Part shown: in pieces, positions 24,501-38,825 of the stretch | Position numbering within the stretch: position 1 is the first letter of the stretch | Layout of the letters: each line of letters opens with the position of its first letter | Source: Eledone cirrhosa | Taxonomy: Eukaryota | Direction: 5' to 3' | Length of the DNA: 64,000 nucleotides | NCBI GenBank assembly: GCA_964016885.1 | Contig: OZ024742.1 | Coordinates: 184,822,001 to 184,886,000, forward strand | The notes under the pieces: model-generated | What the model saw: the letters and a program-made list of their open reading frames with translations, nothing else | What the model was told of the DNA's origin: nothing | The model's database searches: none | Position numbers and translations under genes: made by a program

Positions 24501-27180
24501 TAAGTTGGGGTTATGTTAAGTTGGGGTTAAGTTAAGTTGGGGTTAAGTTAAGTCGGGGTTAAGTTAAGTTGGGGTTAAGTTAATTGGGGTTAAGTTAAGT
24601 TGGGGTCAAGTTAAGTTGGGGTTAAGTTAAGTTAGGGTTAAGTTAAGCTTGGGTTAAATTAAGTTGGGGTTGAGTTAATTTGGGGTTGAGTTAAGTTGGG
24701 GTTGAGTTAAGTTGGGGTTAAGTTAAGTTGGGGTTAACTTAAGTTGGGGTTAAGTTAAGTTGGGGTCAATTTAAGTTGAGGTTAAGTTAACTTGGGATTA
24801 AGTTAAGTTGGGGTTAACTTAAATTGAGGTTAAGTTAAGTTGGGGTTAAGTTAAGTTGGGGGTAAGTTAAGTTGGGGGTAAGTTAAGTTTGGGTTAAGTT
24901 GGGGTTAAGTTAAGTTAGGGTTAAGTTACGTTGGGGTTGAGTTAAGTTGGGGTTAATTTAAATTGGGGTTAAGTTAACTTTGTGGTTAAGTTAAGTTGGG
25001 GTTAAGTTAAGTTGAGGTTAAGTTAATTTGAGGTTAAGTTAAGTTGGGGTTAAGTTAAGTTGGGGTTAAATTAAGCTGGGTTGAAGTTAAGTTGGGGTTA
25101 AGTTAAGTTGGGGTTAAGTTAAGTTGGGGTTGAGTTAAGTTGGGGTTAAGTTAAGTTGGGTTTAAGTTAAGTTGTGGTTAAGTTAAGTTGGGGTTAAGTT
25201 AAGGTGGGGTTAAGTTAAGTTGGGGTTAAGTTAAGTCGGGGTTAAGTTAAGTTGGGGTTAAGTTAAGTTGGGGTTAAATTAAGTTGGGGTTAAGTTAAGT
25301 TGGGGTTAAGATAAGTTGGGGTTAAGTTAAGTTGGGGTTGAGTTAAGTTGGGGTTGAGTTAATTTGGGGTTAAGTTAAGTTGGGGTTAACTTAAGTTGGG
25401 GTTAAGTTAAGTTGGCGTTCAGTTAAGTTGCGGTTAAGTTAAGTTGGGGTTAACTTAAGTCGGGGTTAAGTTAAGTTGGGGTTAAGTTAAGTTGGGGTCA
25501 AGTTAAGTTGGGGTTAAGTTAAGTTGGGGTTAAGTTAAGTTGGGGTTAAGTTAAGTCGGGGTTAAGTTAAGTTGGGGTTAAGTTAAGTTGGGGTTAAGTT
25601 AAGTTGGGGTCAAGTTAAGTTGGGGTTAAGTTAAGTTGGGGTTAAGTTAAGTTGGGGTTAAGTTAAGTCGCGGTTAGTTAAGTTGGGGTTAAGTTAAGAT
25701 GGGGTTAAGTTAAGTTGTGGTTAAGTTAAGTTGGGGTTAAGATAAGTTGGGGTTAAGTTAAGTTGCGGTTGAGTTAAGTTAGGGTTGAGTTAATTGGGGT
25801 TAAGTTAAGTTGGGGCTAAGTTAAGTTGGGGCTAAGTTAAGTTGGGGCTAAGTTAAGTTGGGGTTAAGTTAAGGTGGGGTTTAGTTAAGTTGGGGTTGAG
25901 TTAAGTTGGGGTTGAGTTAAGTTGGGGTTAAGTTAAGTTGGGGTTAAGTTAAGTTAGGGTTAACTTAAGTTGGGGTTAAGTTAAGTTTAGATTAACTTAA
26001 GTTGGGGTTAAGTTAAGTTGGGGTTGAGTTAAGTTGGGGCTAAGTTAAGTTGGGGCTAAGTTAAGTTGGGGCTAAGTTAAGTTGGGGTTAAGTTAAGGTG
26101 GGGTTTAGTTAAGTTGGGGTTGAGTTAAGTTGGGGTTGAGTTAAGTTAGGGTTAAGTTAAGTTGGGGTTAAGTTAAGTTAGGGTTAACTTAAGTTGGGGT
26201 TAAGTTAAGTTGGGGTTGAGTTAAGTTGGGGTTTAATTAAGTTGGGGTTGAGTTAAGTTGGGGTTGAGTTAAGTTGGGCTTGAGTTAAGTTGGGGTTGAG
26301 TTAAGTTGGGCTTATGTTAAGTTGGGGTTAATTTAAGATGGGGTTAAGTTAAGTTGGGGTTAAGTTAATTTGGGGTTAAGTTAAGTTGGGGTTAAGTTAA
26401 GTTGGGGTTATGTTAAGTTGGGGTTAAGTTAAGTTGAGGTTAACTTAAGTTGGGGTTAAGTTAAGTTGGGGTTAAGTTAAGTTGGGGCTAAGTTAAGTTG
26501 GGGCTAAGTTAAGTTGGGGTTAAGTTAAGTTGGGGTTAAGTTAAGTTGGGGTCAACTTAAGTTGGGGCTAAGTTAAGTTGGGGTTAAGTTAAGTTGGGGC
26601 TAAGTTAAGTTGGAGTTAAGTTAAGTTGGGGTTAAATTAAGTTGGGGTCAACGTAAGTTGGGGTTAAGTTAAGTTGGGGTTAAGTTAATTTGGGGGTAAG
26701 TTAAGTTGGGGTTAAGTTAAGTTGGGGTTAAGTTAAGTTGGGGTTAAGTTAAGTTGGGGCTGAGTTAAATTGGGGCTGTGTTAAGTTGGGGTTAAGTTAA
26801 GTTGGGGTTAAGTTAAGTTGGGGTTAAGGTAAGTTGGGGTTAAGTTGGGGTTAAATTAAGTTGGGGTTAATTTAAGTTGGGGTTAAGTTAAGTTGGGTTT
26901 AGGTTAAGTTGGGGTTGAGTTAAGTTGGGGTTAAGTTAAGTTGGGGTTAATTTAAGTTGGGGTTAAGTTAAGTTGGGGCTGAGTTAAGTTGGGGTTAAGT
27001 TAAGTTGGGGTTAAGTTAAGTTGGGGTTAAGTTAAGTTGGGGTTAAGTTAAGTTGGGGTTAAGTTAAGTTGGGGTTAAGATAAGTTGGGGTTAAGTTAAG
27101 TTGGGGTTGAGTTAAGTTGGGGTTGAGTTAATTTGGGGTTAAGTTAAGTTGGGGTTAACTTAAGTTGGGGTTCAGTTAAG

Positions 27181-27436
27181 TTGGCGTTCAGTTAAGTTGC
27201 GGTGAAGTTAAGTTGGGGTTAACTTAAGTCGGGGTTAAGTTAAGTTGGGGTTAAGTTAAGTTGGGGTGAAGTTAAGTTGGGGTTAAGTTAAGTTGGGGTT
27301 ATGTTAAGTTGGCGTTCAGTTAAGTTGCGGTGAAGTTAAGTTGGGGTTAACTTAAGTCGGGGTTAAGTTAAGTTGGGGTTAAGTTAAGTTGGAGTCAAGT
27401 TAAGTTGGGGTTAAGTTAAGTTGGGGTTATGTTAAG
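27181..27436 (+). repeat. Tandem sub-duplication of 128 bp (8 monomers)
   Basis: TTGGCGTTCAGTTAAGTTGCGGTGAAG occurs at 27181 and 27309. The doubled form is inherited near 58.2-58.4 kb and 63.7-63.9 kb. Confidence 0.85.
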
Positions 27437-30400
27437 TTGGGGTTAAGTTAAGTTGGGGTTAAGTTAAGTCGGGGTTAAGTTAAGTTGGGGTTAAGTTAAT
27501 TGGGGTTAAGTTAAGTTGGGGTCAAGTTAAGTTGGGGTTAAGTTAAGTTAGGGTTAAGTTAAGCTTGGGTTAAATTAAGTTGGGGTTGAGTTAATTTGGG
27601 GTTGAGTTAAGTTGGGGTTGAGTTAAGTTGGGGTTGAGTTAAGTTGGGGTTAAGTTAAGTTGGGGTTAATTTAAGTTGGGGTTAAGTTAAGTTGGGGTCA
27701 ATTTAAGTTGAGGTTAAGTTAACTTGGGATTAAGTTAAGTTGGGGTTAACTTAAATTGAGGTTAAGTTAAGTTGGGGTTAAGTTAAGTTGGGGGTAAGTT
27801 AAGTTGGGGGTAAGTTAAGTTTGGGTTAAGTTGGGGTTAAGTTAAGTTAGGGTTAAGTTACGTTGGGGTTGAGTTAAGTTGGGGTTAATTTAAATTGGGG
27901 TTAAGTTAACTTTGTGGTTAAGTTAAGTTGGGGTTAAGTTAAGTTGAGGTTAAGTTAATTTGAGGTTAAGTTAAGTTGGGGTTAAGTTAAGTTGGGGTTA
28001 AATTAAGCTGGGTTGAAGTTAAGTTGGGGTTAAGTTAAGTTGGGGTTAAGTTAAGTTGGGGTTGAGTTAAGTTGGGGTTAAGTTAAGTTGGGTTTAAGTT
28101 AAGTTGGGGTTAAGTTAAGTTGGGGTTAAGTTAAGGTGGGGTTAAGTTAAGTTGGGGTTAAGTTAAGTCGGGGTTAAGTTAAGTTGGGGTTAAGTTAAGT
28201 TGGGGTTAAATTAAGTTGGGGTTAAGTTAAGTTGGGGTTAAGATAAGTTGGGGTTAAGTTAAGTCGGGGTTGAGTTAAGTTGGGGTTGAGTTAATTTGGG
28301 GTTAAGTTAAGTTGGGGTTAACTTAAGTTGGGGTTAAGTTAAGTTGGCGTTCAGTTAAGTTGCGGTTAAGTTAAGTTGGGGTTAACTTAAGTCGGGGTTA
28401 AGTTAAGTTGGGGTTAAGTTAAGTTGGGGTCAGGTTAAGTTGGGGTTAAGTTAAGTTGGGGTTAAGTTAAGTTCGGGTTAAGTTAAGTCGGGGTTAAGTT
28501 AAGTTGGGGTTAAGTTAAGTTGGGGTTAAGTTAAGTTGGGGTTAAGTTAAGTCGCGGTTAGTTAAGTTGGGGTTAAGTTAAGATGGGGTTAAGTTAAGTT
28601 GTGGTTAAGTTAAGTTGGGGTTAAGATAAGTTGGGGTTAACTTAAGTTGCGGTTGAGTTAAGTTAGGGTTGAGTTAATTGGGGTTAAGTTAAGTTGGGGC
28701 TAAGTTAAGTTGGGGCTAAGTTAAGTTGGGGCTAAGTTAAGTTGGGGTTAAGTTAAGGTGGGGTTTAGTTAAGTTGGGGTTGAGTTAAGTTGGGGTTGAG
28801 TTAAGTTGGGGTTAAGTTAAGTTGGGGTTAAGTTAAGTTAGGGTTAACTTAAGTTGGGGTTAAGTTAAGTTTAGGTTAACTTAAGTTGGGGTTAAGTTAA
28901 GTTGGGGTTGAGTTAAGTTGGGGTTTAATTAAGTTGGGGTTGAGTTAAGTTGGGGTTGAGTTAAGTTGGGCTTGAGTTAAGTTGGGGTTGAGTTAAGTTG
29001 GGCTTATCTTAAGTTGGGGTTAATTTAAGATGGGGTTAAGTTAAGTTGGGGTTAAGTTAATTTGGGGTTAAGTTAAGTTGGGGTTAAGTTAAGTTGGGGT
29101 TATGTTAAGTTGGGGTTAAGTTAAGTTGAGGTTAACTTAAGTTGGGGTTAAGTTAAGTTGGGGTTAAGTTAAGTTGGGGCTAAGTTAAGTTGGGGCTAAG
29201 TTAAGTTGGGGTTAAGTTAAGTTGGGGTTAAGTTAAGTTGGGGTCAACTTAAGTTGGGGCTAAGTTAAGTTGGGGTTAAGTTAAGTTGGGGCTAAGTTAA
29301 GTTGGAGTTAAGTTAAGTTGGGGTTAAATTAAGTTGGGGTCAACGTAAGTTGGGGTTAAGTTAAGTTGGGGTTAAGTTAATTTGGGGGTAAGTTAAGTTG
29401 GGGTTAAGTTAAGTTGTGGTTAAGTTAAGTTGGGGTTAAGTTAAGTTGGGGCTGAGTTAAATTGGGGCTGTGTTAAGTTGGGGTTAAGTTAAGTTGGGAT
29501 TAAGTTAAGTTGGGGTTAAGTTGGGGTTAAATTAAGTTGGGGTTAATTTAAGTTGGGGTTAAGTTAAGTTGGGTTTAGGTTAAGTTGGGGTTGAGTTAAG
29601 TTGGGGTTAAGTTAAGTTGGGGTTAATTTAAGTTGGGGTTAAGTTAAGTTGGGGCTGAGTTAAGTTGGGGTTAAGTTAAGTTGGGGTTGAGTTAAGTTGG
29701 GGTTAAGTTAAGTTGGGGTTAAGTTAAGTCGGGGTTAAGTTAAGTTGGGGTTAAGTTAAGTTGGGGTTAAGTTAAGTTGGGGTTAAGTTAAGTTGGGGTT
29801 AAGTTAAGTTGGGGTTAAGATAAGTTGGGGTTAAGTTAAGTTGGGGTTGAGTTAAGTTGGGGTTGAGTTAATTTGGGGTTAAGTTAAGTTGGGGTTAACT
29901 TAAGTTGGGGTTCAGTTAAGTTGGCGTTCAGTTAAGTTGCGGTGAAGTTAAGTTGGGGTTAACTTAAGTCGGGGTTAAGTTAAGTTGGGGTTAAGTTAAG
30001 TTGGGGTCAAGTTAAGTTGGGGTTAAGTTGGGGTTATGTTAAGTTGGGGTTAAGTTAAGTTGGGGTTAAGTTAAGTCGGGGTTAAGTTAAGTTGGGGTTA
30101 AGTTAAGTTGGGGTTAAGTTAAGTTGGGGTCAAGTTAAGTTGGGGTTAAGTTAAGTTGGGGTTAAGTTAAGTCGCGGTTAAGTTAAGTTGGGGTTAAGTT
30201 AAGATGGGGTTAAGTTAAGTTGGGGTTAAGTTAAGTTGGGGTTAAGATAAGTTGGCGTTAAGTTAAGTTGGGGTTGAGTTAATTGGGGTTAAGTTAAGTT
30301 GGGGTTAACTTAAGTTGGGTTTAAGTTAAGTTGGGGTTAAGTTAAGTTGGGGTTAAATTAAGTTGGGGTTAAGATAAGTTGGGGTTAAGTTAAGTCGGGG

Positions 30401-33400
30401 TTAAGTTAAGTCGGGGTTAAGTTAAGTTGGGGTTAAGTTAACTTGGTGTTAAGTTAAGTTGGGGCTCAGTTAAGTTGGGGTTGAGTTAAGTTGGGGTCAA
30501 TTTAAGTTGGGACTAAGCTAAGTTGGGGTTAAGTTAAGTTGGGGTTAAGTTAAGTTGGCGCTAAGTTTAGTGAAGGTTAAGTTAAGTTGGGGTTGAGTTA
30601 AGTTGGGGTTAAGTTAAGTTGGGGTTAAGTTAAGTTAGGGTTAAGTTAAGCTTGGGTTAAGTTAAGTTGGGGTTGAGTTAATTTGGGGTTGAGTTAAGTT
30701 GGGGTTGAGTTAAGTTGGGGTTGAGTTAAGTTGGGGTTAAGTTAAGTTGGGGTTAACTTAAGTTGGGGTTAAGTTAAGTTGGGGTCAATTTAAGTTGAGG
30801 TTAAGTTAACTTGGGATTAAGTTAAGTTGGGGTTAATATAAATTGAGGTTAAGTTAAGTTGGGGTTAAGTTAAGTTGGGGGTAAGTTAAGTTGGGGGTAA
30901 GTTAAGTTTGGGTTAAGTTGGGGTTAAGTTAAGTTAGGGTTAAGTTACGTTGGGGTTGAGTTAAGTTGGGGTTAATTTAAATTGGGGTTAAGTTAACTTT
31001 GTTGTTCAGTTAAGTTGGGGTTAAGTTAAGTTGGGGCTTATTTAAGTTGGGGTTAAGTTAAGTTGTGGTTAAGTTAAGTTGGGGTTAAGTTAAGTTGGGG
31101 TTAAGTTAAGTTGGGGTTAAGTTAAGTTGGGGTTAAATTAAGCTGGGTTGAAGTTAAGTTGGGGTTAAGTTATGTTGGGGTTAAGTTAAGTTGGGGTTAA
31201 GTTAAGTTGGGGTTAAGTTAAGTCGGGGTTAAGTTAATTTGGGGTTCAGTTAAGTTGGGGTTAAGTTAAGTTGGGGCTTATTTAAGTTGGGGTTAAGTTA
31301 AGTTGTGGTTAAGTTAAGTTGGGGTTAAGTTAAGTCGGGGTTAAGTTAAGTCGGGGTTAAGTTAAGTTGTGGTTAAGTTAAGTTGGGGTTAAGTTAAGTT
31401 GGGGTTAAGTTAAGTTAGGGATAAGCTAAGTTGGCGTTAAGTTAAGTTGGGGTTAAGTTAAGTTGGGGTTAAGTTAAGTTGTGGTTAAGTTAAGTTGGGG
31501 CTGAGTTAAGTTGGGGTCAAGTTAAGTTGGGGTTGAGTTAAGTTGGGGTTAAGTTAACTTGGGGTTAATTTAAGTTGGGGTTAAGTCAAATTGGGTTTGA
31601 GTTAAGTTAGGGTTAAGTTAAGTTGGGGTTAAGTTAAGTTGGGGTTAAGTTAAGTAGGGGTTAAGTTAAGTTGGGGTTAAATTAAGCTGGGTTTAAGTTA
31701 AGTTGGGGTTAAGTTAAGTTGGGGTTAAGTTAAGTTGGGGTTAAGTTAAGTTGAGGTTAAGTTAAGTTGGGGTTAAATTCAGTTGGGGTTAACTTAAGTT
31801 GGGGTTAAGTTAAGTTGGGGTTAAGTTAAGTTGAGTTTAAGTTAAGTTGGAGTTAATTTAAGTTGAGGTTAAGTTAAGTTGTGGTAAAGTTAAGTTGGGG
31901 TTAAGTTAAGTTGGGGTTAAGTTAAGTTGGGGTTCAGTTAAGTTGGGGTTAAGTTAAGTAGGGGTTCAGTTGGGGTTAAATTAAGTTGGGGTTAAGTTAA
32001 GTTGGGGTTAAGTTAAGTTGGGGTTAAGTTAAGTTGGGGTTAAGTTAAGTTGGGGTTAAGTTAAGTTGGGGTTGAGTTAAGTTGGGGTTAAGTTAAGTCG
32101 GGGTTAAGTTAAGTTGGGGTTAAGTTAAGTTGGGGTTAAGTTAAGTTGGGGTTAAGTTAAGTTGGGGTTGAGTTAAGTTGGGGTTAAGTTAAGTCGGGGT
32201 TAAGTTAAGTTGGGGTTAAGTTAAGTTGGGGTTAAGTTAAGTTGGGGTTAAGTTAAGTTCGGGTTAAGATAAGTTGGGGTTAAGTTAAGTTGGGGTTGAG
32301 TTAAGTTGGGGTTGAGTTAATTTGGGGTTAAGTTAAGTTGGGGTTAACTTAAGTTGGGGTTAAGTTAAGTTGGCGTTCAGTTAAGTTGCGGTTAAGTTAA
32401 GTTGGGGTTAACTTAAGTCGGGTTTAAGTTAAGTTGGGGTTAAGTTAAGTTGGGGTCAAGTTAAGTTGGGGTTAAGTTAAGTTGGGGTTAAGTTAAGTTG
32501 GGGTTAAGTTAAGTCGGGGTTAAGTTAAGTTGGGGTTAAGTTAAGTTGGGGTTAAGTTAAGTTGGGGTCAAGTTAAGTTGGGGTTAAGTTAAGTTGGGGT
32601 TAAGTTAAGTTGGGGTTAAGTTAAGTCGCGGTTAAGTTAAGTTGGGGTTAAGTTAAGATGGGGTTAAGTTAAGTTGTGGTTAAGTTAAGTTGGGGTTAAG
32701 ATAAGTTGGGGTTAAGTTAAGTTGCGGTTGAGTTAAGTTGGGGTTGAGTTAATTGGGGTTAAGTTAAGTTGGGGTTAACTTAAGTTGGGTTTAAGTTAAG
32801 TTGGGGTTAAGTTAAGTTGGGGTTAAATTAAGTTGGGGTTATGATAAGTTGGGGTTAAGTTAAGTCGGGGTTAAGTTATGTCGGGGTTAAGTTAAGTTGG
32901 GGTTAAGTTAACTTGGTGTTAAGTTAAGTTGGGGTTCAGTTAAGTTGGGGTTGAGTTAAGTTGGGGGTCAAGTTAAGTTGGGGTTAAGCTAAGTTGGGGT
33001 TAAGTTAAGTTGGGGTTAAGTTAAGTTGGGGTTAATTTAAGTTTTGGTTAAGTTAAGTTGGGGTTAACTTAAGTTGGGGTTAAGTTAAGTTGGCGTTCAG
33101 TTAAGTTGCGGTTAAGTTAAGTTGGGGTTAACTTAAGTCGGGGTTAAGTTAAGTTGGGATTAAGTTAAGTTGGGGTCAAGTTAAGTTGGGGTTAAGTTAA
33201 GTTGGGGTTAAGTTAAGTTGGGGTTAAGTTAAGTCGGGGTTAAGTTAAGTTGGGGTTAAGTTAAGTTGGGGTTAAGTTAAGTTGGGGTCAAGTTAAGTTG
33301 GGGTTAAGTTAAGTTGGGGTTAAGTTAAGTTGGGGTTAAGTTAAGTCGCGGTTAGTTAAGTTGGGGTTAAGTTAAGATGGGGTTAAGTTAAGTTGTGGTT

Positions 33401-36400
33401 AAGTTAAGTTGGGGTTAAGCTAAGTTGGGGTTAAGTTAAGTTGCGGTTGAGTTAAGTTAGGTTTGAGTTAATTGGGGTTAAGTTAAGTTGGGGCTAAGTT
33501 AAGTTGGAGCTAAGTTAAGTTGGGGCTAAGTTAAGTTGGGGTTAAGTTAAGGTGGGGTTTAGTTAAGTTGGGGTTGAGTTAAGTTGGGGTTGAGTTAAGT
33601 TGGGGTTAAGTTAAGTTGGGGTTAAGTTAAGTTAGGGTTAACTTAAGTTGGGGTTAAGTTAAGTTTAGGTTAACTTAAGTTGGGGTTAAGTTAAGTTGGG
33701 GTTAAGTTAAGTTGGGGCTAAGTTAAGTTGGGGCTAAGTTAAGTTGGGGCTAAGTTAAGTTGGGGTTAAGTTAAGGTGGGGTTTAGTTAAGTTGGGGTTG
33801 AGTTAAGTTGGGGTTGAGTTAAGTTAGGGTTAAGTTAAGTTGGGGTTAAGTTAAGTTAGGGTTAACTTAAGTTGGGGTTAAGTTAAGTTGGGGTTGAGTT
33901 AAGTTGGGGTTTAATTAAGTTGGGGTTGAGTTAAGTTGGGGTTGAGTTAAGTTGGGCTTGAGTTAAGTTGGGGTTGAGTTAAGTTGGGCTTATCTTAAGT
34001 TGGGGTTAATTTAAGATGGGGTTAGGTTAAGTTGGGGTTAAGTTAATTTGGGGTTAAGTTAAGTTGGGGTTAAGTTAAGTTGGGGTTATGTTAAGTTGGG
34101 GTTAAGTTAAGTTGAGGTTAACTTAAGTTGGGGTTAAGTTAAGTTGGGGTTAAGTTAAGTTGGGGCTAAGTTAAGTTGGGGCTAAGTTAAGTTGGGGTTA
34201 AGTTAAGTTGGGGTTAAGTTAAGTTGGGGTCAACTTAAGTTGGGGCTAAGTTAAGTTGGGGTTAAGTTAAGTTGGGGCTAAGTTAAGTTGGAGTTAAGTT
34301 AAGTTGGGGTTAAATTAAGTTGGGGTCAACGTAAGTTGGGGTTAAGTTAAGTTGGGGTTAAGTTAATTTGGGGGTAAGTTAAGTTGGGGTTAAGTTAAGT
34401 TGGGGTTAAGTTAAGTTGGGGTTAAGTTAAGTTGGGGCTGAGTTAAATTGGGGCTGTGTTAAGTTGGGGTTAAGTTAAGTTGGGGTTAAGTTAAGTTGGG
34501 GTTAAGTTAAGTTGGGGTTAAGTTAAGTTGGGGTTAAGTTGGGGTTAAATTAAGTTGGGGTTAATTTAAGTTGGGGTTAAGTTAAGTTGGGTTTAGGTTA
34601 AGTTGGGGTTGAGTTAAGTTGGGGTTAAGTTAAGTTGGGGTTAATTTAAGTTGGGGTTAAGTTAAGTTGGGGCTGAGTTAAGTTGGGGTTAAGTTAAGTT
34701 GGGGTTGAGTTAAGTTGGGGTTAAGTTAAGTTGGAGTTAAGTTAAGTCGGGGTTAAGTTAAGTTGGGGTTAAGTTAAGTTGGGGTTAAGTTAAGTTGGGG
34801 TTAAGTTAAGTTGGGGTTAAGTTAAGTTGGGGTTAAGATAAGTTGGGGTTAAGTTAAGTTGGGGTTGAGTTAAGTTGGGGTTGAGTTAATTTGGGGTTAA
34901 GTTAAGTTGGGGTTAACTTAAGTTGGGGTTCAGTTAAGTTGGCGTTCAGTTAAGTTGCGGTGAAGTTAAGTTGGGGTTAACTTAAGTCGGGGTTAAGTTA
35001 AGTTGGGGTTAAGTTAAGTTGGGGTCAAGTTAAGTTGGGGTTAAGTTAAGTTGGGGTTATGTTAAGTTGGGGTTAAGTTAAGTTGGGGTTAAGTTAAGTC
35101 GGGGTTAAGTTAAGTTGGGGTTAAGTTAAGTTGGGGATAAGTTAAGTTGGGGTCAAGTTAAGTTGGGGTTAAGTTAAGTTGGGGTTAAGTTAAGTCGCGG
35201 TTAAGTTAAGTTGGGGTTAAGTTAAGATGGGGTTAAGTTAAGTTGGGGTTAAGTTAAGTTGGGGTTAAGATAAGTTGGGGTTAAGTTAAGTTGGGGTTGA
35301 GTTAAGTTGGGGTTGAGTTAATTGGGGTTAAGTTAAGTTGGGGTTAACTTAAGTTGGGTTTAAGTTAAGTTGGGGTTAAGTTAAGTTGGGGTTAAATTAA
35401 GTTGGGGTTAAGATAAGTTGGGGTTAAGTTAAGTCGGGGTTAAGTTAAGTCGGGGTTAAGTTAAGTTGGGGTTAAGTTAACTTGGTGTTAAGTTAAGTTG
35501 GGGCTCAGTTAAGTTGGGGTTGAGTTAAGTTGGGGTCAATTTAAGTTGGGACTAAGCTAAGTTGGGGTTAAGTTAAGTTGGGGTTAAGTTAAGTTGGCGC
35601 TAAGTTTAGTGAAGGTTAAGTTAAGTTGGGGTTGAGTTAAGTTGGGGTTAAGTTAAGTTGGGGTTAAGTTAAGTTAGGGTTAAGTTAAGCTTGGGTTAAG
35701 TTAAGTTGGGGTTGAGTTAATTTGGGGTTGAGTTAAGTTGGGGTTGAGTTAAGTTGGGGTTGAGTTAAGTTGGGGTTAAGTTAAGTTGGGGTTAACTTAA
35801 GTTGGTGTTAAGTTAAGTTGGGGTCAATTTAAGTTGAGGTTAAGTTAACTTGGGATTAAGTTAAGTTGGGGTTAACTTAAATTGAGGTTAAGATAAGTTG
35901 GGGTTAAGTTAAGTTGGGGGTAAGTTAAGTTGGGGGTAAGTTAAGTTTGGGTTAAGTTGGGGTTAAGTTAAGTTAGGGTTAAGTTACGTTGGGGTTGAGT
36001 TAAGTTGGGGTTAATTTAAATTGGGGTTAAGTTAACTTTGTGGTTCAGTTAAGTTGGGGTTAAGTTAAGTTGGGGCTTATTTAAGTTGGGGTTAAGTTAA
36101 GTTGTGGTTAAGTTAAGTTGGGGTTAAGTTAAGTTGGGGTTAAGTTAAGTTGGGGTTAAATTAAGCTGGGTTGAAGTTAAGTTGGGGTTAAGTTAAGTTG
36201 GGGTTAAGTTAAGTTGGGGTTAAGTTAAGTTGGGGTTAAGTTAAGTCGGGGTTAAGTTAATTTGGGGTTCAGTTAAGTTGGGGTTAAGTTAAGTTGGGGC
36301 TTATTTAAGTTGGGGTTAAGTTAAGTTGTGGTTAAGTTAAGTTGGGGTTAAGTTAAGTCGGGGTTAAGTTAAGTCGGGGTTAAGTTATAATGTGGTTAAG

Positions 36401-38825
36401 TTAAGTTGGGGTTAAGTTAAGTTGGGGTTAAGTTAAGTTAGGGATAAGCTAAGTTGGCGTTAAGTTAAGTTGGGGTTAAGTTAAGTTGGGGTTAAGTTAA
36501 GTTGAGGTTAAGTTAAGTTGGGGTTAAATTCAGTTGGGGTTAACTTAAGTTGTGGTAAAGTTAAGTTGGGGTTAAGTTAAGTTGGGGTTAAGTTAAGTTG
36601 GGGTTCAGTTAAGTTGGGGTTAAGTTAAGTAGGGGTTCAGTTGGGGTTAAATTAAGTTGGGGTTAAGTTAAGTTGGGGTTAAGTTAAGTTGGGGTTAAGT
36701 TAAGTTGGGGTTAAGTTAAGTTGGGGTTAAGTTAAGTTGGGGTTGAGTTAAGTTGGGGTTAAGTTAAGTCGGGGTTAAGTTAAGTTGGGGTTAAGTTAAG
36801 TTGGGGTTAAGTTAAGTTGGGGTTAAGTTAAGTTGGGGTTGAGTTAAGTTGGGGTTAAGTTAAGTTGGGTTTAAGTTAAGTTGGGGTTAAGTTAAGTTGG
36901 GGTTAAGTTAAGGTGGGGTTAAGTTAAGTTGGGGTTAAGTTAAGTCGGGGTTAAGTTAAGTTGGGGTTAAGTTAAGTTGGGGTTAAGTTAAGTTGGGGTT
37001 AAGTTAAGTTCGGGTTAAGATAAGTTGGGGTTAAGTTAAGTTGGGGTTGAGTTAAGTTGGGGTTGAGTTAATTTGGGGTTAAGTTAAGTTGGGGTTAACT
37101 TAAGTTGGGGTTAAGTTAAGTTGGCGTTCAGTTAAGTTGCGGTTAAGTTAAGTTGGGGTTAACTTAAGTCGGGTTTAAGTTAAGTTGGGGTTAAGTTAAG
37201 TTGGGGTCAAGTTAAGTTGGGGTTAAGTTAAGTTGGGGTTAAGTTAAGTTGGGGTTAAGTTAAGTCGGGGTTAAGTTAAGTTGGGGTTAAGTTAATTGGG
37301 GTTAAGTTAAGTTGGGGTCAAGTTAAGTTGGGGTTAAGTTAAGTTAGGGTTAAGTTAAGCTTGGGTTAAATTAAGTTGGGGTTGAGTTAATTTGGGGTTG
37401 AGTTAAGTTGGGGTTGAGTTAAGTTGGGGTTGAGTTAAGTTGGGGTTAAGTTAAGTTGGGGTTAACTTAAGTTGGGGTTAAGTTAAGTTGGGGTCAATTT
37501 AAGTTGAGGTTAAGTTAACTTGGGATTAAGTTAAGTTGGGGTTAACTTAAATTGAGGTTAAGTTAAGTTGGGGTTAAGTTAATTTGGGGGTAAGTTAAGT
37601 TGGGGGTAAGTTAAGTTTGGGTTAAGTTGGGGTTAAGTTAAGTTAGGGTTAAGTTACGTTGGGGTTGAGTTAAGTTGGGGTTAATTTAAATTGGGGTTAA
37701 GTTAACTTTGTGGTTAAGTTAAGTTGGGGTTAAGTTAAGTTGAGGTTAAGTTAATTTGAGGTTAAGTTAAGTTGGGGTTAAGTTAAGTTGGGGTTAAATT
37801 AAGCTGGGTTGAAGTTAAGTTGGGGTTAAGTTAAGTTGGGGTTAAGTTAAGTTGGGGTTGAGTTAAGTTGGGGTTAAGTTAAGTTGGGTTTAAGTTAATT
37901 TGAGGTTAAGTTAAGTTGGGGTTAAGTTAAGTCGGGGTTAAGTTAAGTTGGGGTTAAGTTAAGTAGGGGTTAAGTTAAGTTGGGGTCAAGTTAAGTTGGG
38001 GTTAAGTTAAGTTGGGGTTAAGTTAAGTTGGGGTTAAGTTAAGTCGCGGTTAGTTAAGTTGGGGTTAAGTTAAGATGGGGTTAAGTTAAGTTGTGGTTAA
38101 GTTAAGTTGGGGTTAAGATAAGTTGGGGTTAAGTTAAGTTGCGGTTGAGTTAAGTTAGGGTTGAGTTAATTGGGGTTAAGTTAAGTTGGGGCTAAGTTAA
38201 GTTGGGGCTAAGTTAAGTTGGGGCTAAGTTAAGTTGGGGTTAAGTTAAGGTGGGGTTTAGTTAAGTTGGGGTTGAGTTAAGTTGGGGTTGAGTTGAGTTG
38301 GGGTTAAGTTAAGTTGGGGTTAAGTTAAGTTAGGGTTAACTTAAGTTGGGGTTAAGTTAAGTTTAGGTTAACTTAAGTTGGGGTTAAGTTAATTTGGGGT
38401 TAAGTTAAGTTGGGGCTAAGTTAAGTTGGGGCTAAGTTAAGTTGGGGCTAAGTTAAGTTGGGGTTAAGTTAAGGTGGGGTTTAGTTAAGTTGGGGTTGAG
38501 TTAAGTTGGGGTTGAGTTAAGTTGGGGTTAAGTTAAGTTGGGGTTAAGTTAAGTTAGGGTTAACTTAAGTTGGGGTTAAGTTAAGTTGGGGTTGAGTTAA
38601 GTTGGGGTTTAATTAAGTTGGGGTTGAGTTAAGTTGGGGTTGAGTTAAGTTGGGCTTGAGTTAAGTTGGGGTTGAGTTAAGTTGGGCTTATCTTAAGTTG
38701 GGGTTAATTTAAGATGGGGTTAAGTTAAGTTGGGGTTAAGTTAATTTGGGGTTAAGTTAAGTTGGGGTTAAGTTAATTTGGGGTTAAGTTAAGTTGGGGC
38801 TAAGTTAAGTTGGGGTTAAGTTAAT